From NCBI GenBank assembly GCA_003134815.1, contig PLCO01000042.1, positions 13,174 through 77,173 on the forward strand: 64,000 nt of DNA, read 5' to 3'. Position numbers and translations under genes: made by a program. Origin of the DNA: Acidobacteriaceae bacterium. GTDB lineage: Bacteria > Acidobacteriota > Terriglobia > Terriglobales > Acidobacteriaceae. The notes beneath the pieces are model-generated. The model saw nothing but the letters and a program-made list of their open reading frames with translations, searched no databases and was not told the DNA's origin. Below are positions 43,746 through 53,268 of this stretch, one piece after another. Within the stretch, counting starts at the first letter, position 1. Every line of letters begins with the position of its first letter.

Positions 43746-43958
43746 ATTTAGCCTCTTTACATTGAGATGCAGTTTATCGCCTTGATCCAATCCCAATCGT
43801 GATCCTCATGGTTCTTCTCAGTCCCTCATGCTTGTTCTCAGTTATTGAAAAGAGGGGTCTCCCGCCAAGGGCCTTAGCTCCGTCCCCTTAACTCCGTCCC
43901 CTTGGCTCCGCCTGACCAATTCGTAGGCTTCAGCCTGGCACTTCGGGCCGCTTGGATA

Positions 43959-44019
43959 CCCGGGGTCCCCAACGACATTGGGGCCCCCAAGAAACGATCT
44001 CTGTTTCTTGGGGTGAGGA
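43959..44019 (+). repeat. REP-like hairpin element, composite copy
   Basis: CCCGGGGTCCCCAACGACATTGGGGCC then CCCAAGAAACGATCTCTGTTTCTTGGGGTGAGGA: same outer stem CCCCAA/TTGGGG as 35258, different inner stem GAAAC/GTTTC. Confidence 0.65.
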
Positions 44020-44404
44020 AGCGTCCTCGGGTCGCCCCATCCGCCCAAGCGGCCCAAAAAGCAGGGTCGCCCTCATTTCGCGCACCGCCTCGCGCAATGT
44101 CAAGCCCCGGCCGTCGTCAATTCACAGATAAACCATTGAAAACACGACGCAAAAATCGCGCGCCAGGTTTGCCGATCATTTGTCCCTTCCGGCGCACAAT
44201 GGCTTCATGATCGAAAAGCAAATCGTAACCGCACCCCGTCGCCGACTGTGCCCCTGCCTGCCCATTTTTCTAACCACTAACGACTACCCACTAACCACTG
44301 TCTTCGGAGGTCCGAAATCACACAAAAATAATTTGCTATCCCAAATTTGGTGCAAATTGAACTTAACCCGTTCAGAATCAACAAAATAATCTCAAAATCC
44401 GCAC

Positions 44405-44444
44405 CGATTTTTGTCGATTTTTTGCGATTTTTGTCGATTTTTGT
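44405..44444 (+). repeat. Four tandem 10-bp repeats CGATTTTTGT (phased T-tracts) in an AT-rich tract
   Basis: CGATTTTTGT CGATTTTTTG CGATTTTTGT CGATTTTTGT; embedded in the AT-rich segment from about 44300 to 44460, just 3' of the glycosidase gene. Confidence 0.8.
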
Positions 44445-44519
44445 GCGCAAAACCGCCCCAATTCGACCCAAACTCGCCCCGACTCCCTGCTTGGCTGCCT
44501 CGCCGGCATTCCAGCTCCG

Positions 44520-46898
44520 CTACTCAGAACTACGCGAGAAAGCCCCCGCCGGCACATCCGCAAGCGGCAGCCCCGGCCCCTCCCACAACAGCCGCGGAGC
44601 GCCTTCGGTAGCGGTATTCAGCGCCTCCACGTGGATCGCATGAAGACCCGCTCTCAAACCAATCGACCCGCGGTCGTAGCGCAGCGCATTACCCGCCGCG
44701 CCGCACACCAGCCCGAACGGAGGTCCGGTCTTCGCTACTTCAATCCCGTCAATCGTCAGCCGCTCGCCGTCGCGGTCGATCAAGTGAAACGTGTAGCCGC
44801 CGTCAGCGGGAATGTCGATGAATCCGTCCCACACCGTCGCGCGCTTCCCCAACTCCGGAGCTCCGGCCTCCGGAGTTCCCGATCCATGACTTCCGTCCGC
44901 CTGAACTCCCGGATACGCAGCTTCGGCCACAGCCGGAGCGTTGGCAGATGAAGGTTCGGCCTCCGCCGGAGCGTTGGCAAACAGACCCGGCGACAGACCA
45001 GTCAGCGCAGGCTGAATCGTCGAAAAATCCGGCAGCGCGGTCCAAGCGCCCGGGTAGATCTTCCAACTCAGGCCAGCAGTTGTCGATCCCGCTGCGCTCG
45101 ATCCTGCAACGGTCGAGCCCGGCCCCGTTGCGCTCGCCGTCTTCACTGCATCGTGAAGTTGCTCAACAACCACGACGCCCTGCGCCGCCCAATCCTGATG
45201 GCCGCTCTTGTCTGTCGCATGCAGCAGCACGCGGAATCGCCCCGCGCCGTTCCGTCCGTCCAACTCAGTCCCGAGCGCATCCGGAAAGCGATGCCGCACG
45301 CTGCGGCCGTGCGCCGACGTTCCATCGCCAAAGAGCCACGTGTACTGCGCGCCCGGCGCTTCCTTGGCAGTAAACGTGACTGAATGCCGCGGCGCGATGA
45401 CTGCCGGCTCAACGCCGAAAGCCGCCGCCAGCGCGGGTGCGGGAGCATACACAGGCTCAGCCGCGCCGCCTGAAACCACCACCGGCATCTGCGCGTCGCT
45501 CGTCACGCGCAGATGCCCGTACTTCACGTTATCGAAGGTTACATCGCTCACGTCGCCTGTAATGGTTGACTCGGCAAGCGGCGGCTGATCGAGCGCCCAG
45601 ATATTGCGGAAGGCGAATCCATGCAGGCTGGGCAGCTCCTGCTCCATCTGCACCAGCGAATACCAGTTGTCGAGAAGCAGATTCTCAAATGTCACGCCGG
45701 AGTGGTCGCCGCTCGCGCCGTTCGCGCCCCAGAACCCGAGCAGGCCGAAAGTCTGCCCGCACGAGCCGATGCCCCCGTGCAGAATGTCGGAATCGCGCAG
45801 CGTAAAGTTGCGCAGGTTGTAAGTCTTCTGCGGCCATCCCAGCCGCACCACATTTGAAATGCTGGTGGAGAATTCACTGTTCTCGACCAGTATGTTGCTG
45901 ACGTCCGCGCCGGGAGTCACCATCGCGGCATTCGTGTAGCCGTCCCAATTGCCCAGCGCAGCCAGGTTGTCGTCCGACGAGCGGAAGAAGGAATGATTCA
46001 CCACGGTGTCGCCGCCGCCCAGCCAGTCCATGCCGTCCTGGTTGGCATTGCCTGCGACGCCGGCGATTTCGCGCAGATCGTCAAACCGAAATCCCGTCGA
46101 ATCCTTCATCTGGATCGACCATGTGCGCGAGCGGATGATGCAGGTCAGCCCGTCGATCTCCACGTTGTGCGCCTGGTCGGCGACGATGCAATGCCAATCG
46201 GGCTGGTGAAACCATCCGGTATCGCCGTTCGGATCCTGCGGGCCGTCGTACACAATCGTTCCCCGGCCCAGCACCTTCACGTTCTCCACTTGCCACAGGT
46301 TCAGGCTGCCAAACACGAATGCGCCCGGCTCTAAGTAAATCGTGTCGCCGCTTTTTGGATTGAGGCTCTCGCGATGCACGCCCGCAGGCACGACGGTCAC
46401 GTTGGGTCCGCTCGGCGCGGGCGCAGGCGGCGAACCGGCAAATAGAAACAACATCCGCGCCTGATTCAGGAAGTCCCCTGGCCGCGAGATTGAGAGCTTG
46501 GCCGGCCCCGCCAGGTGGAAGCGAATAGTCTGCGGCTCGCCTTCCGGGTGCGTCGCACGCAGGCCCAGCCGCCACGGCTCGATGTCCACGCCGCCATCCC
46601 AGAAATGCGGGTCGGCGGCGGTAATCGAAATTTCCAAGGGCCCAGCCGCGTCAAAGCTGACGAATTCGTAGTTTGAAGCTGCGTGTGCAACGTCGATCCG
46701 CTGGTTGTTCACCATGACTGCAAAGAAGCTGTTGCGCATCTCGGCCGGAACTGGCGCAGCCTGAACTTGTGCCGTCTGGACCTGCGCAGCGCCGCGAACA
46801 GCGCTCGATAGAAGAATGCTCGCAAGCACAAAGTGAGATACGAGCGATGCGCGAAACCAGGGCAACGAGCCAATCCTCGCAAGAGTTTTCGGAACCAA
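44520..46898 (-). CDS. Secreted right-handed beta-helix glycoside hydrolase (GH49/GH28-like) with PKD and PA14 domains
   Basis: 792 aa; signal-like N-terminus; beta-helix region with NQDGMDW and repeated N/D-rich turns; PKD-like YTWLFGDGTSAHGRSVRHRF; C-terminal PA14-like WDGFIDIPADGGYTFHLIDRDGERLTIDG. GH family not resolved by eye. Confidence 0.8.
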   Translation of the reverse strand: MVPKTLARIGSLPWFRASLVSHFVLASILLSSAVRGAAQVQTAQVQAAPVPAEMRNSFFAVMVNNQRIDVAHAASNYEFVSFDAAGPLEISITAADPHFWDGGVDIEPWRLGLRATHPEGEPQTIRFHLAGPAKLSISRPGDFLNQARMLFLFAGSPPAPAPSGPNVTVVPAGVHRESLNPKSGDTIYLEPGAFVFGSLNLWQVENVKVLGRGTIVYDGPQDPNGDTGWFHQPDWHCIVADQAHNVEIDGLTCIIRSRTWSIQMKDSTGFRFDDLREIAGVAGNANQDGMDWLGGGDTVVNHSFFRSSDDNLAALGNWDGYTNAAMVTPGADVSNILVENSEFSTSISNVVRLGWPQKTYNLRNFTLRDSDILHGGIGSCGQTFGLLGFWGANGASGDHSGVTFENLLLDNWYSLVQMEQELPSLHGFAFRNIWALDQPPLAESTITGDVSDVTFDNVKYGHLRVTSDAQMPVVVSGGAAEPVYAPAPALAAAFGVEPAVIAPRHSVTFTAKEAPGAQYTWLFGDGTSAHGRSVRHRFPDALGTELDGRNGAGRFRVLLHATDKSGHQDWAAQGVVVVEQLHDAVKTASATGPGSTVAGSSAAGSTTAGLSWKIYPGAWTALPDFSTIQPALTGLSPGLFANAPAEAEPSSANAPAVAEAAYPGVQADGSHGSGTPEAGAPELGKRATVWDGFIDIPADGGYTFHLIDRDGERLTIDGIEVAKTGPPFGLVCGAAGNALRYDRGSIGLRAGLHAIHVEALNTATEGAPRLLWEGPGLPLADVPAGAFSRSSE

Positions 46899-47117
46899 AC
46901 TACTTTAGCACCCGGACTTGGGCGATCCGAGTGCCGTACATCGTGGGAACCAACGCGACCATGGGGGCCAGCCGTCGACCAAGCACGCATAATGTGTCAA
47001 GTCAGCCCTCGCGCTCGTGCGGTTACCAAATATAATGGCCTTAGGTCCCCATTCACTCCGACGCGCTCAGTGCCACTGCGCCGGTCTGCGAGCGGACCGC
47101 GCACGGATACTGGCCTC

Positions 47118-48239
47118 ATGAATCAAGACGACCTGATCCTGGTGACTGGCGCGACGGGCTTTCTGGGCGCGCAAGTGGTCCGTGAGCTGTTGCAGCGCGA
47201 GCCTCGCGTCCGCGTTGCCCTGCTCATTCGCCCGCGGCCGGGCCAAACGCCGGCGCAACGCGCCGAACCGATCCTTCAGTCCGCTGATTTGCAGTCCGCC
47301 GATTCGTCGCGTGTCCAGGTCTATGCCGGCGATGTCTCCGAGCCCAACTGCGGGTTGGACGACGTAACCTTGCAGCTACTCTCTGCCCAGGCAACGCGCG
47401 TTATTCATTGCGCGGCAACGGTTCGCTTCGATCACTCTCTGGAGCAGGCGCGGCACATGAACGTGGAAGGCACGCGGAAGATGCTGGACCTCGCGGCATC
47501 CATGCGCTCTCTTAAGAGTTTTATTTATGTCGGTACCGCATACGTTGCGGGCGAGCGCCAGGGCTTGATTCGTGAAAACGAGCTGGACGTAGGCCAGCAC
47601 TTCCGCAACACCTACGAGCAAACCAAGGCCGAAGCCGAAGCGCTGGTGCGTTCGCGGCTTGGCTCACTGCCCGGTGTCATCCTACGTCCAAGCATCATTG
47701 TGGGAGATTCTCAGACGGGCGTCACTTCCAGCTTCAAGATGCTGTACTGGCCGCTCAAAATCTACTCGAGACGGCTGTGGCGCACTGTGCCTGGATATTC
47801 TGACGCCGTCCTCGATATTGTCCCTGTGGATTACGTCGCAAGAGCCGTCGTGCAGCTTGCCTCCGACGAAGGCGCTTTGGGCAGCACCGTACACTTATGC
47901 GCCGGGCCTCGCGGCAGCGCCACCATCGAGCAAGTCGCGAGGCGTGCCGCCGAATACTTTAATGTGCGCGAGCCGCGCTACGTCGATCCCCGGGTCTTCT
48001 TCGCCGCCGTGCGGCCTTTGCTGTCTCTTGCGCTGTGGGGACGCAAGCGGCGCGTGCTGGTTGACGGCGCCGCATACCGCGACTACTTCACCATGCGCAT
48101 GCAGTTCGACACCACCAACGCCGAGCGGTTTCTCGGGCCTGCGGGAATCTTCCCGCCGCCCGTGATGGATTATCTTGACCGCCTGCTTCACTATTGCGTG
48201 GCCAGCGACTGGGGCCGCAAGGAAGTTTCGGCACAATGA
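47118..48239 (+). CDS. Thioester/fatty-acyl reductase, extended SDR (NAD_binding_4 type)
   Basis: Start at ATG 47118: MNQDDLILVTGATGFLGAQVVRELL (Rossmann GxxGxxG), ...IHCAATVRFD..., catalytic YEQTKAEAE, ILRPSIIVGD; the track ORF from 46833 is an upstream over-extension. Confidence 0.85.
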   Translation: MNQDDLILVTGATGFLGAQVVRELLQREPRVRVALLIRPRPGQTPAQRAEPILQSADLQSADSSRVQVYAGDVSEPNCGLDDVTLQLLSAQATRVIHCAATVRFDHSLEQARHMNVEGTRKMLDLAASMRSLKSFIYVGTAYVAGERQGLIRENELDVGQHFRNTYEQTKAEAEALVRSRLGSLPGVILRPSIIVGDSQTGVTSSFKMLYWPLKIYSRRLWRTVPGYSDAVLDIVPVDYVARAVVQLASDEGALGSTVHLCAGPRGSATIEQVARRAAEYFNVREPRYVDPRVFFAAVRPLLSLALWGRKRRVLVDGAAYRDYFTMRMQFDTTNAERFLGPAGIFPPPVMDYLDRLLHYCVASDWGRKEVSAQ

Positions 48240-49837
48240 GTCTTATCAGCCGCATTCAACTCGCCCGAGACCGCAGCATCACAGTGGCCAACCTGGTGGA
48301 CGAATTGCTTCGCCGGAAGGGGGATTCAGAGGTTTCGGTCGGCAAGGACGGGAATTTCAATCTTTCCGATCTGCACGCGGCAATTTGCAGGATCGATGCC
48401 TTTCTTCGGCGTTCCATTGGCCTCCGCACCGCTGAGCCTGTCGCCATTTATTGCTCCAACGATCACCATTGTTTCCACTGGTTCCTGGCCATTATCCGTG
48501 CCGGCGGCATTGCCGTTCCTCTCAATCCGCAACTCTCTCTAAGCGAAGTACGGCGGATCCTTGCCGATAGCGGCACCCAGATTCTGGTTACGGACAAAGC
48601 GGTCTTTGAACGCACCATCGTAGAACGGAGCGCGCTGAACGTTCGCGCCTGGATTCAGGATGACCTGGAACCAGAAACGATGGAGGGGTTTGTTCGCGTA
48701 GGCGATCCTGGCGCGCTGTTTCCGCCGACCCCGATTGATCCCGCGACCACCGTCGCGATCTTCCATACCTCCGGCACCACCGGATTTCCCAAAGGAGCGG
48801 CCCTTTCAAGCCGTGCCCTGCTCGGCGCGCGTTCGTCTACGGTCTTTGCCGGACTTTTTCTCAGCTCCAGGGATCTCGCGCTCGTCGCGTTGCCATGGTC
48901 GCACATCATGGCCGTCAGCATTGCGCTCTACGGGTTAATGGCCGGACTCCGCGGATGCATTCTTGAGCGTTTTGATGTCGAAGATGCGCTCGAGCTGGTC
49001 GAGCGATTCGGCGTGACTACGATTGTTGGCGTGCCCGCAATGCTTGCCCGGCTGGTCAACAGCAATCCTGACCCGCGGCGGCTGGCGACTGTGCGCGTGT
49101 GGCTCTCCGCCAGCGATTACCTTCCCTCTGAGGTCCGCGTACGCCTTCGCGAGTTCGGCGCTATCCTCCGCTTGCCGGGCGGCAAGCGCATCCCCCCAAT
49201 TCTGCTGAATGGCTACGGCATGGTGGAGCTTGGCGGGCTCGCCATGATGGGCGTCGAACTTTCGCTCTTCCCCGGCAGCGGCCAACTGTACTTTCCCGTC
49301 CCGCCGTTTCGAGTTCGCATTACCGATGAACACGGCCGGCGCGTCCGAGCCGGCTCTCCCGGCGAGTGCCAGATTCGCCGCCACGGCATGTCGCCGCATT
49401 ATTGGAAGGACAAGGACAGCAACAGCGGCCTCCTCACGCGCGACGGCTGGCTGCGCACCGGCGATCTGGCGACACGCAACCGCTTTGGCCTCGTCCGGCT
49501 GGTGGGGCGCGCCAAAGACGTGATCAAGTCCGGTGGCTATTCGGTTTACGTCCGCGAGCTGGAAGAAACCATCCTGGCGCATCCCGCGGTGGTTCGCGCG
49601 ATCGCCTTTGGCATTCCTCACAAGGAGAAGGGCGAGATACCGGCTGCAGCTGTTGAGTTGCTGCCCGGCGCCCGTGAAAACGAAACCGACTTGTTGGAGT
49701 GGTGCCGGAACCATCTCGCCGCTTACAAAGCGCCACGGCGCATTTGGATCGTTGATCCCGGCGGTATGCCGCAGAATCACAACGGAAAGATCCTCAGGCG
49801 CGTGCTGCGCGAGAGATTCTCCGCGGAAACCGCCTAG
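48236..49837 (+). CDS. AMP-dependent acyl-CoA/acyl-AMP ligase (FadD-like)
   Basis: ATGA overlap with the reductase stop; motifs IFHTSGTTGFPKGA, GYGMVELGG, RTGDLATR, IKSGGYSVY and terminal NGKILRR. Confidence 0.9.
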   Translation: MSLISRIQLARDRSITVANLVDELLRRKGDSEVSVGKDGNFNLSDLHAAICRIDAFLRRSIGLRTAEPVAIYCSNDHHCFHWFLAIIRAGGIAVPLNPQLSLSEVRRILADSGTQILVTDKAVFERTIVERSALNVRAWIQDDLEPETMEGFVRVGDPGALFPPTPIDPATTVAIFHTSGTTGFPKGAALSSRALLGARSSTVFAGLFLSSRDLALVALPWSHIMAVSIALYGLMAGLRGCILERFDVEDALELVERFGVTTIVGVPAMLARLVNSNPDPRRLATVRVWLSASDYLPSEVRVRLREFGAILRLPGGKRIPPILLNGYGMVELGGLAMMGVELSLFPGSGQLYFPVPPFRVRITDEHGRRVRAGSPGECQIRRHGMSPHYWKDKDSNSGLLTRDGWLRTGDLATRNRFGLVRLVGRAKDVIKSGGYSVYVRELEETILAHPAVVRAIAFGIPHKEKGEIPAAAVELLPGARENETDLLEWCRNHLAAYKAPRRIWIVDPGGMPQNHNGKILRRVLRERFSAETA

Positions 49838-49880
49838 AGCGGCCCCACAATTCAAGTATCCTTTCAGGCGTCTTGCAAAG

Positions 49881-49905
49881 CTGCTTTTTCTTGATGAAAA
49901 AGCAG
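49881..49905. terminator. Bidirectional terminator hairpin between convergent genes
   Basis: CTGCTTTTTC-TTGAT-GAAAAAGCAG, perfect 10-bp stem with built-in T/A runs. Confidence 0.55.
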
Positions 49906-49947
49906 TTCGACTGTTGCGGATCTGGTTAGAGTGATTGTGGAACCGCG

Positions 49948-51081
49948 TCAGTCGTGGCGAAGCGCATCCACTGGAGAAAGCTTCCCTGCCCGCCAGGCCG
50001 GAACGGCGCCTGCGATCACGCCCGATAGCACGGCAATCACCATTGCCTGGGCAAGCAACGGCCACTCAAGATTTGCGGAGACAAAGCTTGCCGTCTGCGG
50101 CAGGCTGGCCAGCACGCGCAGAGCGAACCATCCCAAAAACAGACCGAGCACTCCCCCTCCGAGGCCGAGCGTGGCCGATTCAACCTCGATCAGCGCCAGT
50201 ATTTGCTGGCGCTTCCATCCCAGGGCCCGCAAGGTTCCGATCTCTTTCGTGCGCTCGAAGACGCTCATGACCATCGTGTTTGCGATCCCCAGAATCCCGA
50301 TCAACAAGGCGAGCGTAGATGTTCCCCATGCCGAGGCCTGCGCAAGCTTGACGAACTGGTTATCGCTGGCGCGCTCGGCTGCCGGTATAGCTCGCAAACC
50401 CGGCAGTGCCGCCTCAATCTGCGCTTGCGCCCGCTTCATATAGTGATCCCATGCCTCGCCGGGCGGCGCTGGCTTCAGGCGCACATCAATCGTCGACACT
50501 TTGCCTCCAACGCTGCTCAGTTGCTGCAACTCGTCGAGCGGCATGATCACGGCATCGGCTTCCAGCGCCGAGGCGCCGTGGTATATGCCCGTCACCGTAA
50601 AGGTCGTGCCCTCAACCTCCAAAGTGTCGCCGGGGTTCTTCTTCAATTCCTGGGCCAGAACATCGCCCAGCATCACTTGCGGCTGGCCGTCGTGAAAACG
50701 CTGCCCGCTCACAAGCTTCACGGAGTCGATCTGGTATTCGCTGGCCTTCCAGCCGTAAACCAGAGCATTCTGGTCCGAGGTCAGATCCATCTCGTTGATA
50801 ATCGCGGGCGCAGCCTGAGCCACGAGCGGCAGAACTTTCACCTTATCCGTCGCCGATTCATCCAGAGAAGTATTCAAAAACGTTCCGTGGATCACGGCGA
50901 TATCCGTCCGGCTGCTGGAGTAGATCTGCGTCCATTGTTGCTCGAATGAGCGTGAGAAACCAACCAGGCCCACGAAAGCGCCCACCGCCATGCTGATTCC
51001 GCATAGAGTCAGCAGAGTTCTCAGCCTTCGACGCCGTAGATTCTTCCAGATAAATCCCGTAAACGAGAGTGAGGAGGCCAT
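49948..51081 (-). CDS. ABC transporter permease, MacB/FtsX type
   Basis: Start at ATG 51081: MASSLSFTGFIWKNLRRRRLRTLLTLCGISMAVGAFV (family-typical), periplasmic MacB_PCD-like domain, C-terminal FtsX helices (...ERTKEIGTLRALGW...). No adjacent ATPase gene. Confidence 0.85.
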   Translation of the reverse strand: MASSLSFTGFIWKNLRRRRLRTLLTLCGISMAVGAFVGLVGFSRSFEQQWTQIYSSSRTDIAVIHGTFLNTSLDESATDKVKVLPLVAQAAPAIINEMDLTSDQNALVYGWKASEYQIDSVKLVSGQRFHDGQPQVMLGDVLAQELKKNPGDTLEVEGTTFTVTGIYHGASALEADAVIMPLDELQQLSSVGGKVSTIDVRLKPAPPGEAWDHYMKRAQAQIEAALPGLRAIPAAERASDNQFVKLAQASAWGTSTLALLIGILGIANTMVMSVFERTKEIGTLRALGWKRQQILALIEVESATLGLGGGVLGLFLGWFALRVLASLPQTASFVSANLEWPLLAQAMVIAVLSGVIAGAVPAWRAGKLSPVDALRHD

Positions 51082-51214
51082 GGAGCCGAAGCGGATCCTG
51101 TGGAACAGAGATGAGCGAAGAAAGAACGTCCAGATAGCGCGGCAACGTTCACTTCGCCCGACCATAAGAATATGGGTTCGAAGCTACCACATGCAATGTT
51201 GCTGCCTATACTTT

Positions 51215-51958
51215 TTAGATGCCTTCGCCCATTGTGACGTACACTCGCAACCGCTCCAGTTCATCACGATATGCGGCGCGTTCGGCTTCTTCGGCTGCAA
51301 ATGGATCGGGTGGGCACGGCTCCGCGCCAAGCCGTTCTTCCAGTTCCTCTACACGGGCTGAGAGCGCAATCAACGCGTCCGAGAGCGGGTCCTTGATGTC
51401 GTGAGGATCGGTGAGGAGCACGCGCTCGCCGTTGCGGTAGACGATGTGAGCGGGAACGCCCACGACTGTCGAGTTCGGCGGCACATCGGACAAAACCACG
51501 GATCCGGCGCCGACGCGCGAGTTTTCGCCCACTGTCAAGTTGCCCAGGATATTGGCGTTGTTGCCGATAAAGACGCGATCGCAGATGGTCGGGTGGCGCT
51601 TGCCGTGGCCTTTGCCCGTGCCGCCCAGCGTCACACCCTGGTACATGGTCACGTCACTGCCCACAATAGCCGTCTCGCCAATTACCACGCCGGCGGCATG
51701 GTCGATGAACAATCGCTGGCCGATTAGCGCGGCGGGATGGATGTCAACGCCGGTATAGAACCGGCCCACCTGCGAGAGCATGCGCGCGAGCAGTCGCAGG
51801 TTGCGCCGCCATAGCCAGTGCGAAACGCGATGAATCCAAACCGCCCAGAGTCCCGGATAGCAGAGCAAAACCTCCAGCCGGGTACGCGCAGCCGGGTCGC
51901 GCTCCATAATGGAGTCGATTTCATCGCGCATTCGGCCGAAGACTGACATGACTTTCAA
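51215..51958 (-). CDS. cysE: Serine O-acetyltransferase CysE
   Basis: DPAARTRLEVLLCYPG..., hexapeptide repeats (IDHAAGVVIGETAIVG..., GVTLGGTG, IGNNANILGNLTVG); C-terminus ends GEGI, like the CysK-binding terminal Ile of E. coli CysE (GDGI). Confidence 0.9.
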   Translation of the reverse strand: MKVMSVFGRMRDEIDSIMERDPAARTRLEVLLCYPGLWAVWIHRVSHWLWRRNLRLLARMLSQVGRFYTGVDIHPAALIGQRLFIDHAAGVVIGETAIVGSDVTMYQGVTLGGTGKGHGKRHPTICDRVFIGNNANILGNLTVGENSRVGAGSVVLSDVPPNSTVVGVPAHIVYRNGERVLLTDPHDIKDPLSDALIALSARVEELEERLGAEPCPPDPFAAEEAERAAYRDELERLRVYVTMGEGI

Positions 51959-52033
51959 GCGACACAGGAATAAGAGACAGAGAGACTAGGGAAATAGTGA
52001 CCAGGAGCGAGATTGGCGGCGCACAGATGTGCC

Positions 52034-52076
52034 CAGTCCCTTAGACCGTATGTCTCGTCCCTACGTCCCTGCTTCC
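52034..52076. repeat. GTCCCT-type micro-array abutting the cysK stop codon
   Basis: CAGTCCCT TAGACCGT ATGTCTC GTCCCT ACGTCCCT GCTTCC, ending directly at the stop (tta 52077-52079). Confidence 0.65.
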
Positions 52077-53057
52077 TTACGCCGTCACCGCAATCGGCTC
52101 GGGTTGCAACGCCAACGCCTGCTGGCGCAGCGGCTCGAAGAGCACGCTCGACAGATAGCGCTCGCCAAAGTCGGGCAGCACAACCACGATCAGCTTGCCC
52201 GCATTCTCTGGCCTCGCGGCCACCTTGAGAGCAGCAACTGCAGCCGCACCCGAGCTGATTCCGACAAACAGGCCCTCTTCCTTCGCCAGCCGTCGCGCCA
52301 TTTCGATTGACTCATCGTTGGTCACCTGCACCACTTCATCAATGAGCTTGGTATCGAGCACGTTGGGAATAAACCCGCCGCCCAGGCCCTGGATCTTGTG
52401 TGGGCCGGGTTTTCCGCCTGAAAGTACAGCACTGTCAGAGGGTTCAACTGCGACGGCCTTGAACGAGGGCTTCTTCGGTTTGATGAAATTCGAAACGCCG
52501 GTGAGAGTGCCGCCGGTGCCGACGCCGGAAATGAGAATGTCGACTTTGCCATCGGTGTCGTCCCAGATCTCCGGGCCGGTCGTTTTCAAATGGATGGCCG
52601 GGTTAGCGGGGTTGTCGAACTGCTGCAAAATGTAGCCGTTCGGTGTCTTCTCCAGAATCTCATTGGCCTTGGCGATCGCGCCCTTCATGCCGTTAGGGCC
52701 CGGCGTCAGCACAATCTCCGCGCCATAAGCCAGCAGCGTCACCCGGCGTTCAAGGCTCATGGTTTCGGGCATGGTCAGGATGATCTTGTAGCCCTTGACC
52801 GCGGCCACAAACGCCAGCGCGATGCCGGTGTTGCCGCTGGTGGCTTCGATCAGCGTGGTCACACCGGGCTTGATTTTGCCCGCCTTTTCGGCAGCGTCAA
52901 TCATCGACAAGCCGATGCGGTCCTTGACGCTCGATGCGGGGTTCTGGCTTTCCAGTTTGGCGACAACGGTAGCGGGCAAACCCGCTGCCACACGGTTCAG
53001 CCGCACCAGGGGGGTGTGGCCAATCAATTCAGTAACATTCGCGGCAATGCGCGCCAT
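52077..53057 (-). CDS. cysK: Cysteine synthase A (O-acetylserine sulfhydrylase) CysK
   Basis: Start at ATG 53057 (AAAGGAG upstream): [23 protein letters not shown]...[14 protein letters not shown]...[10 protein letters not shown]...GVGTGGT: PLP-dependent CysK motifs. Confidence 0.95.
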   Translation of the reverse strand: MARIAANVTELIGHTPLVRLNRVAAGLPATVVAKLESQNPASSVKDRIGLSMIDAAEKAGKIKPGVTTLIEATSGNTGIALAFVAAVKGYKIILTMPETMSLERRVTLLAYGAEIVLTPGPNGMKGAIAKANEILEKTPNGYILQQFDNPANPAIHLKTTGPEIWDDTDGKVDILISGVGTGGTLTGVSNFIKPKKPSFKAVAVEPSDSAVLSGGKPGPHKIQGLGGGFIPNVLDTKLIDEVVQVTNDESIEMARRLAKEEGLFVGISSGAAAVAALKVAARPENAGKLIVVVLPDFGERYLSSVLFEPLRQQALALQPEPIAVTA

Positions 53058-53240
53058 AATGATCTCCTTTTTCGCGGGCCAATTGCCCGGATCGCTTGTG
53101 GAACGGATTTTAGAGCCTGCTATTTGGGGACGGTGCAGCTTTTCAGGTGGGAAAATTCGCGCTGTCAGGCACAATTCAGCATCGGGCTGGCACCAATAGC
53201 GATTTCCCAATCAGCGTCGAGCCGGAGCCACGAACCTCAA

Positions 53241-53268
53241 GTGGCGTTTTTCATTAAGAAAACGCCAC
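53241..53268. terminator. Hairpin terminator in the spacer upstream of cysK
   Basis: GTGGCGTTTT-TCATTAAG-AAAACGCCAC, perfect 10-bp stem; 153 nt downstream of the preceding minus-strand gene. Confidence 0.55.

Noticed and set aside
43309-43785. 158-aa ORF across the palindrome array, and ORFs 43013..43336, 43842..44057 and 43902..44210 across the hairpin repeats
   Set aside because: They merely translate dispersed repeat DNA. They overlap the better-supported small membrane gene on the other strand and show no protein-like features.
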